Shown here piece after piece: positions 37,162 through 50,376 of a stretch of DNA of 64,000 nucleotides. The DNA is taken from positions 5,890,001 to 5,954,000 of the forward strand of contig NC_043010.1 in the NCBI RefSeq assembly GCF_006345805.1. The letters run 5' to 3'. Every line of letters starts with the position of its first letter. Positions within the stretch are counted from its first letter, which is position 1. A program made the translations under genes and the position numbers. Under the pieces are notes generated by a model. That model saw only the letters and a list, made by a program, of their open reading frames with translations, did not search any database and had not been told where the DNA came from. This DNA is from Octopus sinensis. Its lineage: Eukaryota.

Positions 37162-38638
37162 TTAAGCATTAATTCAAATAACTGAAATAAAAAAAAAAAA
37201 GTAGGTAAAATTTTATGTAATACCAACTATTTTCAATAATTTAGTCAATGTATTATGATTCCAACCATTACATAATCCTCTTCTAATTTTTAATTCTCTA
37301 TCTCAGGTGTATATTCAATTTTGATTTGGACATTCTCTTTGTATTGCTTATCTCCTCAATACAATTACTATGATTATATTAAACTGTTTGTAGACTCAAC
37401 TTCCTCCAACCTATTCTTATTCAAGCTACTCTTTTACTTGTTTCAGTCATTTGAATGAGGCCATGCTGGAGCACCACCTTTAGTCGTGCAAATCAACCCC
37501 AGGACTTACTCTTTGTAAGCCAAGTACTTGTTCTATCGGTCTATTTTGCCAAACTGCTAAGTTATGGGGACATAAACACACTAGCATTGGTTGTCAAGCG
37601 ATGTCCTATAACATCATTTGAACTCTCATCACTGAGTGGGTGAGTGGCATTGAGAGAGGTACATTAAGTCACCTATCTCAATAGCTCTCATGCTCTCAGT
37701 TGAGGGAGTTTTGTCTTGCAAGTTAACATGGTGCAACATAAAAAGCACCCATTGCACTCTATAAAGTGGTTGGTGTTAGGAAGGGCATCCAGCCATAGAA
37801 ACAATGCCAAAGCTGGCAGTACAGCTTGCACACTCCTCTGATGTATTCACTTCTGTCAAACTGTCCAAACCATGCCAGTATTGCAATCAGATGCTAAATG
37901 ATGATGATGATTGGTAATCACAGATATATGTTCATAAAAGCTAGAGATATCTCAAGAGATTTTGAAGTCATGTAGGCCTTGATGAGGTTGCACTGCTGGT
38001 AATTTTGACATATTGAAAGGGATGATCTTAAATCTGCTGTTATGGAATGAGTTAAAAAGCGATTCTGAGGACCTTGTAGTTTCTATGCCCAGAAACTGGC
38101 TTGAAACTTAGTTATACACTACAATTGGTTATTTCATAAGACAGAACAATAAAAAGCAACTTTCAATGACATTTAAAGTTCACTGATAGTGTAACCTTTG
38201 GCACTTTTCTATGCATTTGGTTCATAATGTGTTATGGCAGTGAGCTATGAGAAGGAAGTATGATCACTGACAAGGTTTCACATCCAAAGAATTCAGCAAT
38301 AGATCACCAAACAGAAGATAGGATATTCTCAAAAGAAACAATTCATCAGTCAATGTCAGTAAGTTTATAACATAGCACCAGCTGGAGCAATCATAGTTCA
38401 CCTGATTTTGGTTTAATACTGATATCCAAGTGGACAGAAACCAGAGAGGAAGTGTTGACTGGGCAATCAAATCTCATAAAAATCCAAATTTTTTGTAAAA
38501 TTTCTTGAGGTGATTTACATCACAATATATATATATAATCTGGTAGTTTTGTCTAAAGGATATTATACCACAAGCCAAAATACTGTCAGTAATCTCATTG
38601 TCATGCTAAATACATAGTCAGTAAATTTATTGTGACAC

Positions 38639-39165
38639 CCCTACCTGGGACGTAGTCAGTCCACACCTGTGCATACCTTCCTTCTTGTGACACTTGTGAA
38701 GACCTGTTGAGGCAAGTGAAAATCAAAATCAAAATCAAAATCAAATCAAATCAAAATAGATGAACATCAATGGAATTTGTATCTTTGTGGTACCAGTGCC
38801 GGTGGTATACAAGAAAACCATCCGAACGTGGCCGTAGCCAGTACCTCATCGACTGGCCTCCTTGCTGTGGGCACGTAACAAACACCATCCGATCGTGGCC
38901 GTCTGCCAGCCTCATCTGGCACCTGTGTCGGTGGCACATAAAAACACCATCCGAGCGTGGCCGTCTGCCGGCCTCATCTGGCACTGTGTCGGTGGCACAT
39001 AAAATCACCCACTACACTCTCGGAGGGGTTGGCGTTGGGAAGGGCATCCAGCTGTGGAAACACTGCCAGATCTGACTGGCCTGGTGCAGCCTTCGGGCTC
39101 CTCAGACCCCAGTTGAACCGTCCAACCCATGCTGGCATGGAAAGCGGACGTTAAATGATGATATA
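38639..39165 (+). mobile_element. RTE-tail/VNTR retroposon
   Basis: gaagacctgttgaggcaagtga leader, several ggtggcac-taaaa-accatccg units, ggaagggcatccagc body and a GAT tail. Confidence 0.8.
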
Positions 39166-39210
39166 TATGTATATAATATATATATATATGTGTGTGTATA
39201 TATATATATA

Positions 39211-39597
39211 GGCGCAGGAGTGGCTGTGTGGTAAGTAGCTTGTTTACCAACCACATGGTTCCGGGTTCAGTCCCACTGCATGGCACTTTGGGCAAGTGTC
39301 TTCTACTATAGCCTCGGGCCGACCAAAGCCCTGTGAGTGGATTTGGTAGACGGAAACTGTATATATATGTATATATATATATGTATGTGTGTGTTTGTGT
39401 GTCTGTGTTTGTCCCCCTAGCATTGCTTGACAACCGATGCTGGTGTGTTTACGTCCCCGTCACTTAGCGGTTCGGCAAAAGAGACCGATAGAATAAGCAC
39501 TGGGCTTACAAAAGAATAAGTCCTGGGGTCGAGTTGCTCGACTAAAGGCGGTGCTCCAGCATGGCCGCAGTCAAATGACTGAAACAAGTAAAAGAGT
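39211..39597 (+). mobile_element. tRNA-derived SINE, near full length
   Basis: ggcgcaggagtggctgtgtggtaag...ggttcagtccc...gactgaaacaagtaaaagag. Confidence 0.85.
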
Positions 39598-39694
39598 ATA
39601 TATATTGGGAGAGTTCACGAAAAAAACAAAAGACAAAGACAGGTGGTGTACAAAACAAATAGGTGTATTAGTATAACGCTCAGGAATAGAAAAA

Positions 39695-39736
39695 GTCTTT
39701 TACGTTTCGAGCCTACGCTCTTCTACAGAAAGGGAC
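39695..39736 (-). ncRNA. Minimal type-I hammerhead ribozyme-like motif (core variant)
   Basis: Sense cttt-CTGTAGA-A-gagc(gtag)gctc-GAAAC-GTA-aaag. The topology is exact, but the core reads CUGUAGA instead of CUGANGA. Confidence 0.45.
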
Positions 39737-40189
39737 ACAGAAAAAACAAGGAGAGAAAAAAAATATATATATATATATATATTATGTGAAATAGAAAGAT
39801 GAATAATCTTGTAGTAGATTAATCAAAAGTTTAACCGATACCTTAGTAGCAAAAATCACAGCAGTGATTTCTTCAATTCACCAATATATATATATATATA
39901 TATATACTTTATTTGAGGGAAGCGGAAGTGTGACTAAGGCTGTTGCTCAGTTTCATATTCCCGTTCGTTGTTTAAAAAAAATAAAACTGTCCGAACGGGA
40001 ACGTGAAACTTTGAGTAGCAGCTTTTGTTATGTTTCTGCTGCTTTTGAATAAAGCATATTACTCTACCTCTGGTGTTTGAGTACTCCTTTTTTCCACCTT
40101 GTTTCACATTTATGTGCTTACTCTGATATGTATATTATAAATATAAACTATACTGACTTTGTAAAGTACAACCAAGTCATATTTTTAGT

Positions 40190-40745
40190 TCATCATCATC
40201 GTCGTTTAACGTCCGCTTTCCATGCTAGCATGGGTTGGGCGGTTCAACTGGGGTCTGGGAAGCCAGGAGGCTGCACCAGGCTCCAGTCTGATCTGGCAGT
40301 GTTTCTAAAGCTGGATACCTGTCCTGACGCCGACCACTCTGTGAGTGTGGTGGGTGCTTTTTATGTGCCACCGGCACAGGGGCCAGAGGAGGCTGGCAGC
40401 GGTCGCAATTGGTTGGTGCTTTTTATGTGCCACCGGCACAAGCTAGCCAAGGCAGCGCTGGCATCTGCCATGTTCGGATGGTGCTTTTTACGTGCCAGGT
40501 GAGGCTGGCAACGGCCACGACCGGTCGGTGCTTTTTATGTGCCACCGGCACAGAAGCTAGCCAAGGTGGCGCTGGCATCTGTCACGTTCGGATGGTGCTT
40601 TTTACGTGCCACCGGCATGAGTATCACAACTACAATTCCATTTGATTTTTACTTTGATGTTGATGTATTTGACTCAGTAGGTCTCCTCAAGCACAGCAGT
40701 TCACCCCACGATCCAAGGTAAGCACTGCAGGCCGTCCTACGATCC
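40190..40745 (-). mobile_element. RTE-tail/VNTR retroposon, inverted relative to its neighbours
   Basis: Reverse complement of the family body with about 4 VNTR units. Confidence 0.8.
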
Positions 40746-41009
40746 AATGGGCTGGTTGTGTGAAGCTGGTTGTAGGATACAGCCATGAACTCACTTTGTT
40801 GGGTATATCTTAATTATTCTTTGTCTTCTCTGCAAGAGTTAATCCAAGTGAATGCAGTTGGTTGTCTCTTAGATGTGATTTGTTACTAATAACCTCTCCA
40901 CGTCTTATCTCATTCTCAGTTCATTCTAGTCTAACTCTTGCCATATCTCAGCTGCTCATATGTAGACCAAACTCAGTATCTTATTTTTTTGATATTGCAC
41001 TATCCGATT

Positions 41010-41300
41010 TCGTGGCCGTTGCCAGCGCCGCCTCGAATGGCTTCCATGTGCAGGTGGCACGTAAAAAGCATCAATCCGACCGTGGCCGATGCCAGCCTCG
41101 CCTGGCACCAGTGCAGGTGGCACGTAAAAAGCACCCACTACACTCACGGAGTGGTTGGCGTTAGGAAGGGCATCCAGCTGTAGAAACATTGCCAGATAAG
41201 ACCGGAGCCTGGTGCAGCCTTCTGGCTTTCCAGATCCCCGGTCGAACCGTCCAACCCATGCTAGCATGGAGAACGGACGCTAAACGATGATGATGATGAT
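41010..41300 (+). mobile_element. RTE-tail/VNTR retroposon
   Basis: VNTR units, body and (GAT)n tail. Confidence 0.8.
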
Positions 41301-41754
41301 GTTTGGTCAGAGGTAAATGGGAAAAACCAGTTGCCATGAATCAAGTGAAAAGAAGTTGTTCTGACATTAGGTACCTAATCCGCATGCTCGGAATAGAATA
41401 TACTCTATTAAAAGCTTTCAAAGGAAAGATGGTTGTGTTGAATCAACTGAAGGGTAAGCTTTGCCACCCTACAATGGAAGCCGTCTCTGCTGGTCTTCGA
41501 AACTTAAAGATTCTATTTAGAGAGCATAAAAATGGGCTTTTTTTTTTTCTTTTTGTTATGTCAAATATATGATATTTTCTGGCATACAAGTCAAATATTT
41601 TGAGATGAAAATTTAGAGCCAAAAAAGGTAGGTCAACCAAGAATTCTTTGGTGGATCAAAAATTCCATGTGAAATGCAGCAGGATTTGGAAAGACAGTGA
41701 CGATGTGTGAATGTTTACACCAGATACTACATCAAACTTGTAAGCCGGAAAATA

Positions 41755-42300
41755 TGGTAAAAAGCACCATCCGTTCGTGGCCGTTGCCAGTCTCGCCTGG
41801 CCCCCGTGCCGGTGGCATGTAGAAAGCTCCATCCGTTCGTGGCCGTTGCCAGCCTCGCCTGGCCCCCGTGTCAGTGGCATGTAAAAAGCACCATCCGTTC
41901 GTGGCCATTGCCAGCGCTGCCCCGACTGGCCTCCGTGCCGGTGGCACGTAAAAGCACCATCCATTCATGTCCGTTGCCAGCCTCGCCTGGTGCCGGTGAC
42001 ACGTAAAAGCACCATCCGTTCGTGTCCGTTGCCAGCCTTGCCTGGTGCCAGTGGCACGTAAAAGCACCATCCGTTCGTGGCTGTTTGCCAGCTCCGTCTG
42101 ACACCTGTGCGGGTGGCACGTAAAAAGCACCTACTACACTCGCGGAGTGGTTGGCGTTAGGAAGGGCATCCAGCCGTAGAAACACTGCCAGATCAGACTG
42201 GGCCTGATGCAGCCTTCTGGCTTCACAGACCCCAGTTGAACCGTCCAACCCATGCTAGCATGGAAAACGGACGCTAAATGATGATGATGATGATGATGAT
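41755..42300 (+). mobile_element. RTE-tail/VNTR retroposon with ~6 VNTR units
   Basis: Repeats of aaagcaccatccgttcgtggccgttgccagcctcgcctgg...gccggtggca, then body and (GAT)n tail. Confidence 0.85.
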
Positions 42301-42829
42301 GCTACTTATTGTTTTGTTCTGACTTTCCACAAGGCCAGTTTCATGAAAGCTTACTTTAGTTAACAGTTAAACTGTGCTCATGAGACACTGAAAAAGACAA
42401 TGAAACGCATAGGGAATGTTATGTGCATGATGTTTAACCCATTTGATGTCACTATGCTAAAGCAACCCTACTGCCACGCCATACTCTGGTTCTGTGATAT
42501 AAAATTTTTAGTTTTCCATCAAAATTTCATGTTAATTCGTTTCAGGCACCAACTTAATAACGACAATTACTTCACTGAATTTTTTTCATTGTTTTTCAAA
42601 ATCGATTAAAACAAAAGAGTAGGCATGGCAAAAAGTTTGCTTCTCAACCATGTGGTTTCTGGTTCAGTCTCAGTGTGTGGCACCTTAGGCAAGTGTCTAC
42701 TATAGTCCTGGGCCAACCAAAGCCTTGTCAGTGAATTTGGTGGACAGAAACTGAAAGAAGCCTGTCATATACTTGTGTGTGTGTTTTGCATTACATGATA
42801 GGGGCAGGGGCAGTTCCGCATAGCCCCTG

Positions 42830-43270
42830 CCCATTCAAAGTACCCTGGATCCCAGAACGTCCCGCTGTGCTTGAGGAGACCTGTTGAGTCAAGTACATGA
42901 ACATGAACATTGAAATAAATATCAATGGAAATAGTAGTTGTGATGCCTGTGCCGGTGGCACATAAAGAGCACCATCCGAACGTGGCCGATGCCAGCTCCG
43001 CCCCAACTGGTATCCGTGCCGCTGGCATGTTAAAAGCTCCAACCGATCGTGGCCGATGCCGGACCCCCTCTGGCACCTGTGCAGGTGGCATGTAAAAAGC
43101 ACCCACTACACTCGCGGAGTGGTTGGCATTAGGAAGTGCATCCGGCCGTGGAAGCTCTGCCAGGTCGGACTGGAGCCTGGAGCAGCCCCTGGCTTCCCAG
43201 ACCCTGGTCAAACCGTCCAACCCGTGCTGGCGCGGAAAATGGACGTTGAACGATGATGATGATGATGATA
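42830..43270 (+). mobile_element. RTE-tail/VNTR retroposon
   Basis: gctgtgcttgaggagacctgttgagtcaag leader, VNTR, body and GAT tail. Confidence 0.8.
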
Positions 43271-43549
43271 GTCGTAAATGAGTATCATCATGCAAATGAT
43301 TTCCATTTCTCGTCTTCCATGAAAACATGTCTAGTCAGTCATGTCTGGAAACAGGTGAGGATTAGCAAATTGCATCCAGCCATAGAAAATTAGCCTCAAT
43401 AAAATTCCATCTGACGCATGCAGGTATGGAAAAGTGGTTGTTAAACTGATGATGGTCATGAAATGCAGGTAACAAAAGGGTTAACCTGTAAACAGAAACC
43501 CAGACTTTCAGTGTTGTATTTATAGATTCTGCTGTGATTTCCTTTATTT

Positions 43550-43745
43550 TGTAATCATCATCATCATCATCATCATCATCGTGTAGCGTCCGTTTTCCGC
43601 GCTAGCACGGGTTGGACGGTTCGACCGGGGTCTGGGAAGCCAGGGCTGCACCAGGCTCCAGTCTGATCTGGCAGTGTTTCTGCGGCCGGATGCCCTTCCT
43701 AACGTCAACCAGGAGCCAGGGGGGGTCTGGCATCGGCCACGATCG
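43550..43745 (-). mobile_element. RTE-tail retroposon, truncated and inverted
   Basis: (CAT)n followed by the reverse-complement body. Confidence 0.75.
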
Positions 43746-44217
43746 GTAATAACAATAAATAACTAGGCAAGATTCACAAGTATATTTGCTAGAGCTGAAT
43801 CGCTGGTAGTAAGAGTGGAATTGGCATCTTGATATCGTTGGTGGTGATGAAATTGGTGTGGAGTGAATCAAGTTGTTGACTCATCAACTGAAGATTGTAC
43901 ACTTACTGTCATGTCGTTGACACCATTATGTCCTGTCTCTGATCTGTTTTAGTGCTAGCTGGAATACTGGACTGAAAAATTTGATTGGTTTGTAACCCTA
44001 AGACTGATTGATTTCACACAATATGAAAATTACACTGTAACACGATTTTGTCTTAGGGTAGCAAATGTTATTTCCTGTTTGCTTACCCTTAGAAAGTATG
44101 AAAAATGTCGAATATTTCCTTCAAACTTTGCTTTTATTACATTTATTCAAACCTCAAAGAATCCCTCCTAGCATGTGGTTATGATGCTCCCCCACTACTT
44201 CTGCTGATGATCATCTC

Positions 44218-44743
44218 TATATATATAAACAGCAAAATGTCTGTGTGTGTGCCCTTTATACAAATCCACAATTTTTCAGTTAGAGGGCTCGCACTTTCTA
44301 TGGTCATTCACAACTGTCCAAGGGTGGCTGTGCACATATTTACATTTCCCCAGTCACTCCACAAAGCCGTTAACTATATATATATAAATGGCAAAATGTC
44401 TGTGTGTGTGTGTGTCCTTTATACAAATCCACAATTTTTCAGTTAGAGGGCTCGCACTTTCTATGGTCATTCAAAACTGTCCAAGGGTGGTCGTGGCACA
44501 TCTTTACATTTCCCCAGTCATCCTGCAAAGCCATTAAAAAAATCAATAGAAGTGACATTTTTGTGAATTTTCTATCCAAAACCCAATCAAAATGCCCGAA
44601 ACTTGATACGTCAATCGAATGCCAGCTAGCTGTATGTGACTGGTCGGAGATTTGGACAGTACTCGCGTGTATGTGCACACGCACGCAGCTGTATATGCAT
44701 GCACTAGCACTATGACCCAGCATTACCGGGTCATAGTGCTAGT
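44218..44743 (+). mobile_element. Non-autonomous Helitron/Helentron-like element with an internal ~165-nt duplication
   Basis: The 5' segment is duplicated (44220-44380 and 44385-44530). The 3' end is a perfect 16-bp hairpin actagcactatgaccc/gggtcatagtgctagt ending in CTAGT. Confidence 0.65.
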
Positions 44744-44939
44744 AGATGCATATATTGTCAGCCACTAAGCAATGTGATCAAGAGCAGCTGACAAACAAAT
44801 CAGGTACTGACAGAATAATTGCTATAATAATATTTCTGCTTCAGCAACTCGGCATGGAATCCATCTGAAATGTAAACACAAAAGCAAAAGTTTGAAGGGA
44901 ATAGTAGTCATTTCCTTTGATTTCTAGATAGGGAGTAAC

Positions 44940-45162
44940 ATTTCTGCCAGCCTCGCCTGGCACCTGTGCAGGTGGCACGTAAAAAGCACCCACTACACTC
45001 ACGGAGTGGTTGGCGTTAGGAAGGGCATCCAGCTGTAGAAACATTGCCAGATAAGACTGGAGCCTGGTGCAGCCTTCTGGCTTCCCAGATCCCCAGTCGA
45101 ACCGTCCAACCCATGCTAGCATGGAGAACGGACGTTAAACGATGATGATGATGATGATGATG
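44940..45162 (+). mobile_element. RTE-tail retroposon forming the right end of the 6.5-kb insert
   Basis: Body plus (GAT)n abuts the junction. Confidence 0.85.
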
Positions 45163-45621
45163 ACTGAAAATATTAAATGCTTAAAAGGTTAAGGATAAGC
45201 AAAAGTGAAACTAAATTAAAACAATAAACTTTAGTTTGTTACAATATGTTACTTAAACCAAAACCTCTCTCATCATCATCATTTAATGTCCGTTTTCCAT
45301 GCTGGCATGGGTTGGACGGTTTGACCCAAAACTGGTAAGCTAGGGAGCTGTACCAGGTTCTAACCTGATTTGGCAAGGTTTCTACAGCTGGATGACTCAG
45401 TTTTCTTAACCTTTTGTAAACAATATTACTTTGATAATTAGCAATAGAAATTTATAATGAAATAACTGAGTATTTTATTTAAGTTTTTCATTAACTTCAG
45501 TGTAATAGTATTGAAGTTATGACATTATCTCTGTTACTGATAATATTGTTTCAACTGAAAAGATCCTTATTATAAAATAGTCAAATTATACTAAACAAAA
45601 ATAATATAAATAAGTACTTAC

Positions 45622-45856
45622 CAATAGTTGTCAGATGTTCATACAGTTGTCACAGAACTGTTTCAAAGTTCTTGCAACAAAGTTGTTGTTATTGTTACAA
45701 ATGGAGTTCTCAAAAGTTTGGTATGTGTTATGCAGTTCTATCAAGCTGGTTTGTATGGTAAGTGTGTTGTAGCCAATGACAAGCTGTCTATTATTCCAAT
45801 GCAAGGAAACGGAAGTACAGCCTCCAGTTCTTGCAGTAAATGATGGGCTGACTCAC
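45622..45856 (-). promoter_or_regulatory. PCDH-B promoter-like core (45769-45856) and non-coding exon 0; donor at 45621-45616
   Basis: The core is identical to that of A. Confidence 0.75.
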
Positions 45857-46872
45857 AGACTGGTTCACATAACACCACACACTAATATGCACATAAGTGT
45901 ATGAATGTGTGTGTAAGTAAAATGTACAAAATTAAATCACAGGAAATATTTGGCGCTCAGAAAACTGAGGTTGAGAAATAGACTCGCATGGAAAATTTTG
46001 ATATTAAATATTTGTGAGATGTTGGATAAAAACAAAAAAAATTTTTTCTGCAAGTTTTGTATTAAAGAGTAATAAACAATTTCTAAAGCCACGCTTAAAA
46101 AGGTAAGCCTAAAATGTATTCCCATAAGAATATGGAAATAAAATATGAATTAAAAATATGAATGTTTATAAAGTGACTTTTTAAAAGAAAAAAGCATTTA
46201 CGAAACAGTGGCTCTAAATAAACAAATATAAAAGTAAGAGCGACGCGCCTTAAAAAGGCATTTTCATAAGAAATTCATAAAGTTTGGTCGATATTCAGAG
46301 TTTTTCTCTTCTCATTAAAGATATTCGTTTTATATGGAATCGTAAAGTTTATATTTAAGGTATTTAGTATAAAGATTAGAGGTAGAAGAAATAAAAATAT
46401 TCATTGAGGATATATCGAATTTAATTCCCTAAATAGCCGAAAATATATATTTAACGCTAATTTAAGTAAATTTTATTGAAAGTTTCGGGATTATTTACGT
46501 TATCAAAATCTGTATTTTGAAGAAATTGTTGACAAATTTTCTTCGTTAAGAAAATATTTTTAAAAAAGGTAAACAATAATCAAGGGAGGTAACTGTTAAA
46601 AACTGTTATACAAAGCAATCAGGAATGGAATTTAGGAATAATATTACTGAACGGGATTATATCTCACACACATTCCAGAATTGGTAAACACGAGTGTGTG
46701 TGTGTATATATACACACACACCTGTGTTTACAAATTGTAAAATATATGGCTCTTGTTTTCTGTCAAAGATAAATTCCCAGGAATATCATTCAATACTTTA
46801 AAATAATGGTAGTAACCGTTTCAATAAGGTTTAATCAAGTAATGCCTTATTGATGACAATAATATTTTAGTG

Positions 46873-47219
46873 TTAATGTAATGCTATGGTGTTGTTTGGT
46901 GTAGATAGAACAGGTACCTGAAGTACTGAGGGTACCTTTGGTAGTGTTGTTACTTTAGGTACAGCTGGTAGAGGTGGTTTATTATTTGAAGTAAAGACAC
47001 TTGTCATTGGCGTTGTAGATGGTTGTTCAGTTATCTTAGATGTGGTACCAGTTATATTCAAAGGTATTTGGTCAGGATGACAGACTGTGTTAGAATCAAT
47101 GTTTGGTTGGTAAGTATATCCAGGGTATTGATTGTTGTTATCTCCCCTCGATCTATCCAGTGTGTGTGGAAGCTGTTTTCTCCTGTTCCATGTATGTTCA
47201 ATTTGGTAACGACACAGAT
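46873..47219 (-). CDS. PCDH: Protocadherin C, terminal exon 3 (115 aa)
   Basis: 347 nt, in frame, near-identical to B exon 3. Confidence 0.85.
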
Positions 47220-49849
47220 CTAGAAATATATAAATTTATAGGTTATCTGATGCCCCAAACTGTTAAAAGAATGGAGAACATTACATTTTCCTATCCATGA
47301 AAGGAAAGGAGTTCCCTCTGCAACCACATGGTTTCAAATTCAGTCTCACTACTTTGCACCTAAGAGGTCACCTAAAATTTTACATGTGGGTTTAGTAGAC
47401 GGAAACTAAAAGAAGCTTGTTCAGTCTGTGTTCATGAATGCACGTGTATGTGTGTGTGTATGCGCATGTGCATTTATGTTCTATTGTCACTTCTGTCAAT
47501 AACATTATTATTCAGTATCTACACTTACGTAGTGGTTGGCGTTAAGGAAGGGCATCCAGCCGTAGAAACACTGCCAGATAAGACTGGGCCTAATGCAGCC
47601 TTCTGGCTTCACAGACTCCAGTTGAACCGTCCAACCCATGCTATCATGGAAAACAGACGTTAAATGATGATGATATATCTTTGTGGTCTTCTCATATGTC
47701 CACTATATCTCAACCAGATTTTCTTTCAGCCCATTTGTGCTTAATATTTCATCTTTATAATACTAAAACTCTAGAGATGTTTGTGTGTACCCCAAATATC
47801 TCAGAAATAGTATATTTTATCTTAATTTTTTTTGCATTTCTATTTTCATACTTACCTGCAGGAGTGCAGTACAAATTTTTGTGATATTTGGGACTATTTG
47901 TTAATTAGACACAGTTTTTGTTTGTTATTTCTTGATGAAAAATACATCACTGCTGTGACATCAACACACATGCAGAATACACACACATATAACAATGTCA
48001 TGTCAACACAAACACACGTCAGCTACCTGTGACATATGTACACACATAGTCTTCACACTCTCTAAGGAACAAAAAAGAAAAAAACCTCAATTTTTTGATG
48101 TATACAATATCTTATTCATTTAGAAATATTCTTAAGTGAATGTGATTTCAAAAACAGAATATTTTAATGTTTTTTTTTTATTATTTTCAAGCAAATGGCA
48201 ATCTTTTGCTTATCATCCAAAGTTCATTAATTTCTGTAAAAATTTTTTATTTATTTACGTTTGTTTTAAAGTGAATGAGAGAAGAAAGTGAAAGATGTAT
48301 GTACGTGTATATGAAATGGACGTATGTGTGCATGAAAGAGAGAGAGAGAGTGAGTAAAGGGATGTGTTGTCATGTGTACGTACATACATCAATACATATG
48401 CATACACCTTCTTCGTACGTACATGCGCATGAGAGAGTGAGTGAGTGAATGTCTGTGTTCTCATTGCGCACACAGACAAACACACACACACACACACACA
48501 TCTATTTCATATACATGTTCATACATCTTTCAAATTTGCCTCTCTTTCACTTTAAAGCAAATGTAAATAAATAAAAATGACAGTTTTGAGAGTCAAAGCG
48601 AAAGATTGCCCCAAGGGAATACCATTACAAAATATTTTTCGAGTGCATTCAATGTATCTCAGCTCCAAAGATTTCGCTGCTATTTCTAGTATGCTCTGCC
48701 AGCCCGTAACAACTATTTGCGATAAAGGACCGGAAATACCTGTTATGTGGTAGCAAGGCGTGCAAGAAATAGCAGCCGAATCTTTCCTTTTCTGGGGAAA
48801 GAAGCTGTTTACACGTGATTTTGATGTCACATTCGTTGAAAGCATGCGAAATAAACTGGAATATAAAGTAGAAAACACGAAACAAAACTCCATTGCTGGG
48901 AATCTCAGACTTTCCGTGTGACCCAACGGGTCACAGGTAGTCTAGTACACACTAACATTGCACATGCAGTAGAGTCTGCTTGCTTAATGTTTTGCATATC
49001 ATTTCGAATCTTCTAAATCCTAGTTCCACTTCTCATTTCCACAAATCAATTCACTTCCATACACAAGCATTATACACTCTTACTTCTCGCAATTAAAGGC
49101 AGTTATGTCTTCCTACTAAATGATCCTGGGTATCAGCCATATGTGAAGTCTTCCTTCTCTGCCAGCCTATCTATGATCCTTACATATATATTATACTAAG
49201 CATAGATGAAAAAAAAAAAAGAACTCAATACATGAAATGAAGGCAATATGTTTTTCAAGAGGAATTGAAGATATAATTCTTTCCAGAAATTGATTAGTTT
49301 GATCTTGGTATATAATCACCAGACAATTGAATGATTCTTTACTGAGAGGATTCTAGTCAGTCATTATAAGGAATTATATCTTCGGCACTTGTTCTCTCTC
49401 CAGAAGAGAGAAAGATTGTTGAGTAGCTTTTTCTTTTGTTTGTTCAGTCCGGTCACTGGTACATATATATTATATATATATATGTATATATATACAGTAT
49501 ATGTTAAAGAAGAAAATTGAGAGTTTTAATATACCTTTATCTTTTATTCGTTTCAGTCATTTGACTGTGGCCATGCTGGGGCACTGCCTTTAGTTGAGCA
49601 AATCGACCGCAGGACTTATTCTTTGTGAGCCTAATACTTATTCTATCGGACTCTTTTGCTAAACCACTAAGTTACAGGGATGTAAACACACCAACATCGG
49701 TTGTCAAGTGATGGTGGGGAGATAAATATGGACACAAAAACATACACACGCATATATATATATATACATGAGGGGCTTCTTTCATTAATTAATGACTTTA
49801 TCCTAATTATGCATTAAATTATAAATATATGTCACGTTTAGAAACATTC

Positions 49850-49953
<104 letters not shown>

Positions 49954-50376
49954 TACACAAACACACAGATATATTATACACATATACCCATACAAACATG
50001 CACACACACACACACAAGTTTTCTTTTGTAAATTTATATTTTTATTTTTTGACTCACATGCACAAATTTTGGTAGTAACTCCCCAAATGAAAGAGATATT
50101 TTAACAGCAAAAAACAAGAGGATCTTCTCACTCACTGTAGTAAAGTTTTGTTCTTTTTCAAAGTCTCCCATCAACAAAATTATATTACAAGTGTTAGTTT
50201 AGCTTGAAACTATGAATGTAAGAGAAACCAGATGAAAATATTAAGCACCAGGACCAAACTCAATATTTTAACATTGCTGACTAAAATTCTTATCTACTAA
50301 ACCATGCCAGTGACTATTATTATAAACATTCACAAACCATAATGATTTGGAGGAAAACTTAATTATTTCAATTTAC

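Larger units (their letters stand above)
38639..45164. other. 6.5-kb composite insertion unique to the PCDH-B 5' intron
   Basis: Gene A reads tgtgacac-tgaaaatattaaatgc contiguously (29078-29101). In B these halves are separated, with only a 2-nt AC overlap. Confidence 0.85.

Noticed and set aside
39211-39290. tRNA genes at SINE heads
   Set aside because: A- and B-boxes are present, but there is no acceptor stem or cloverleaf and the sequence continues into a SINE body.
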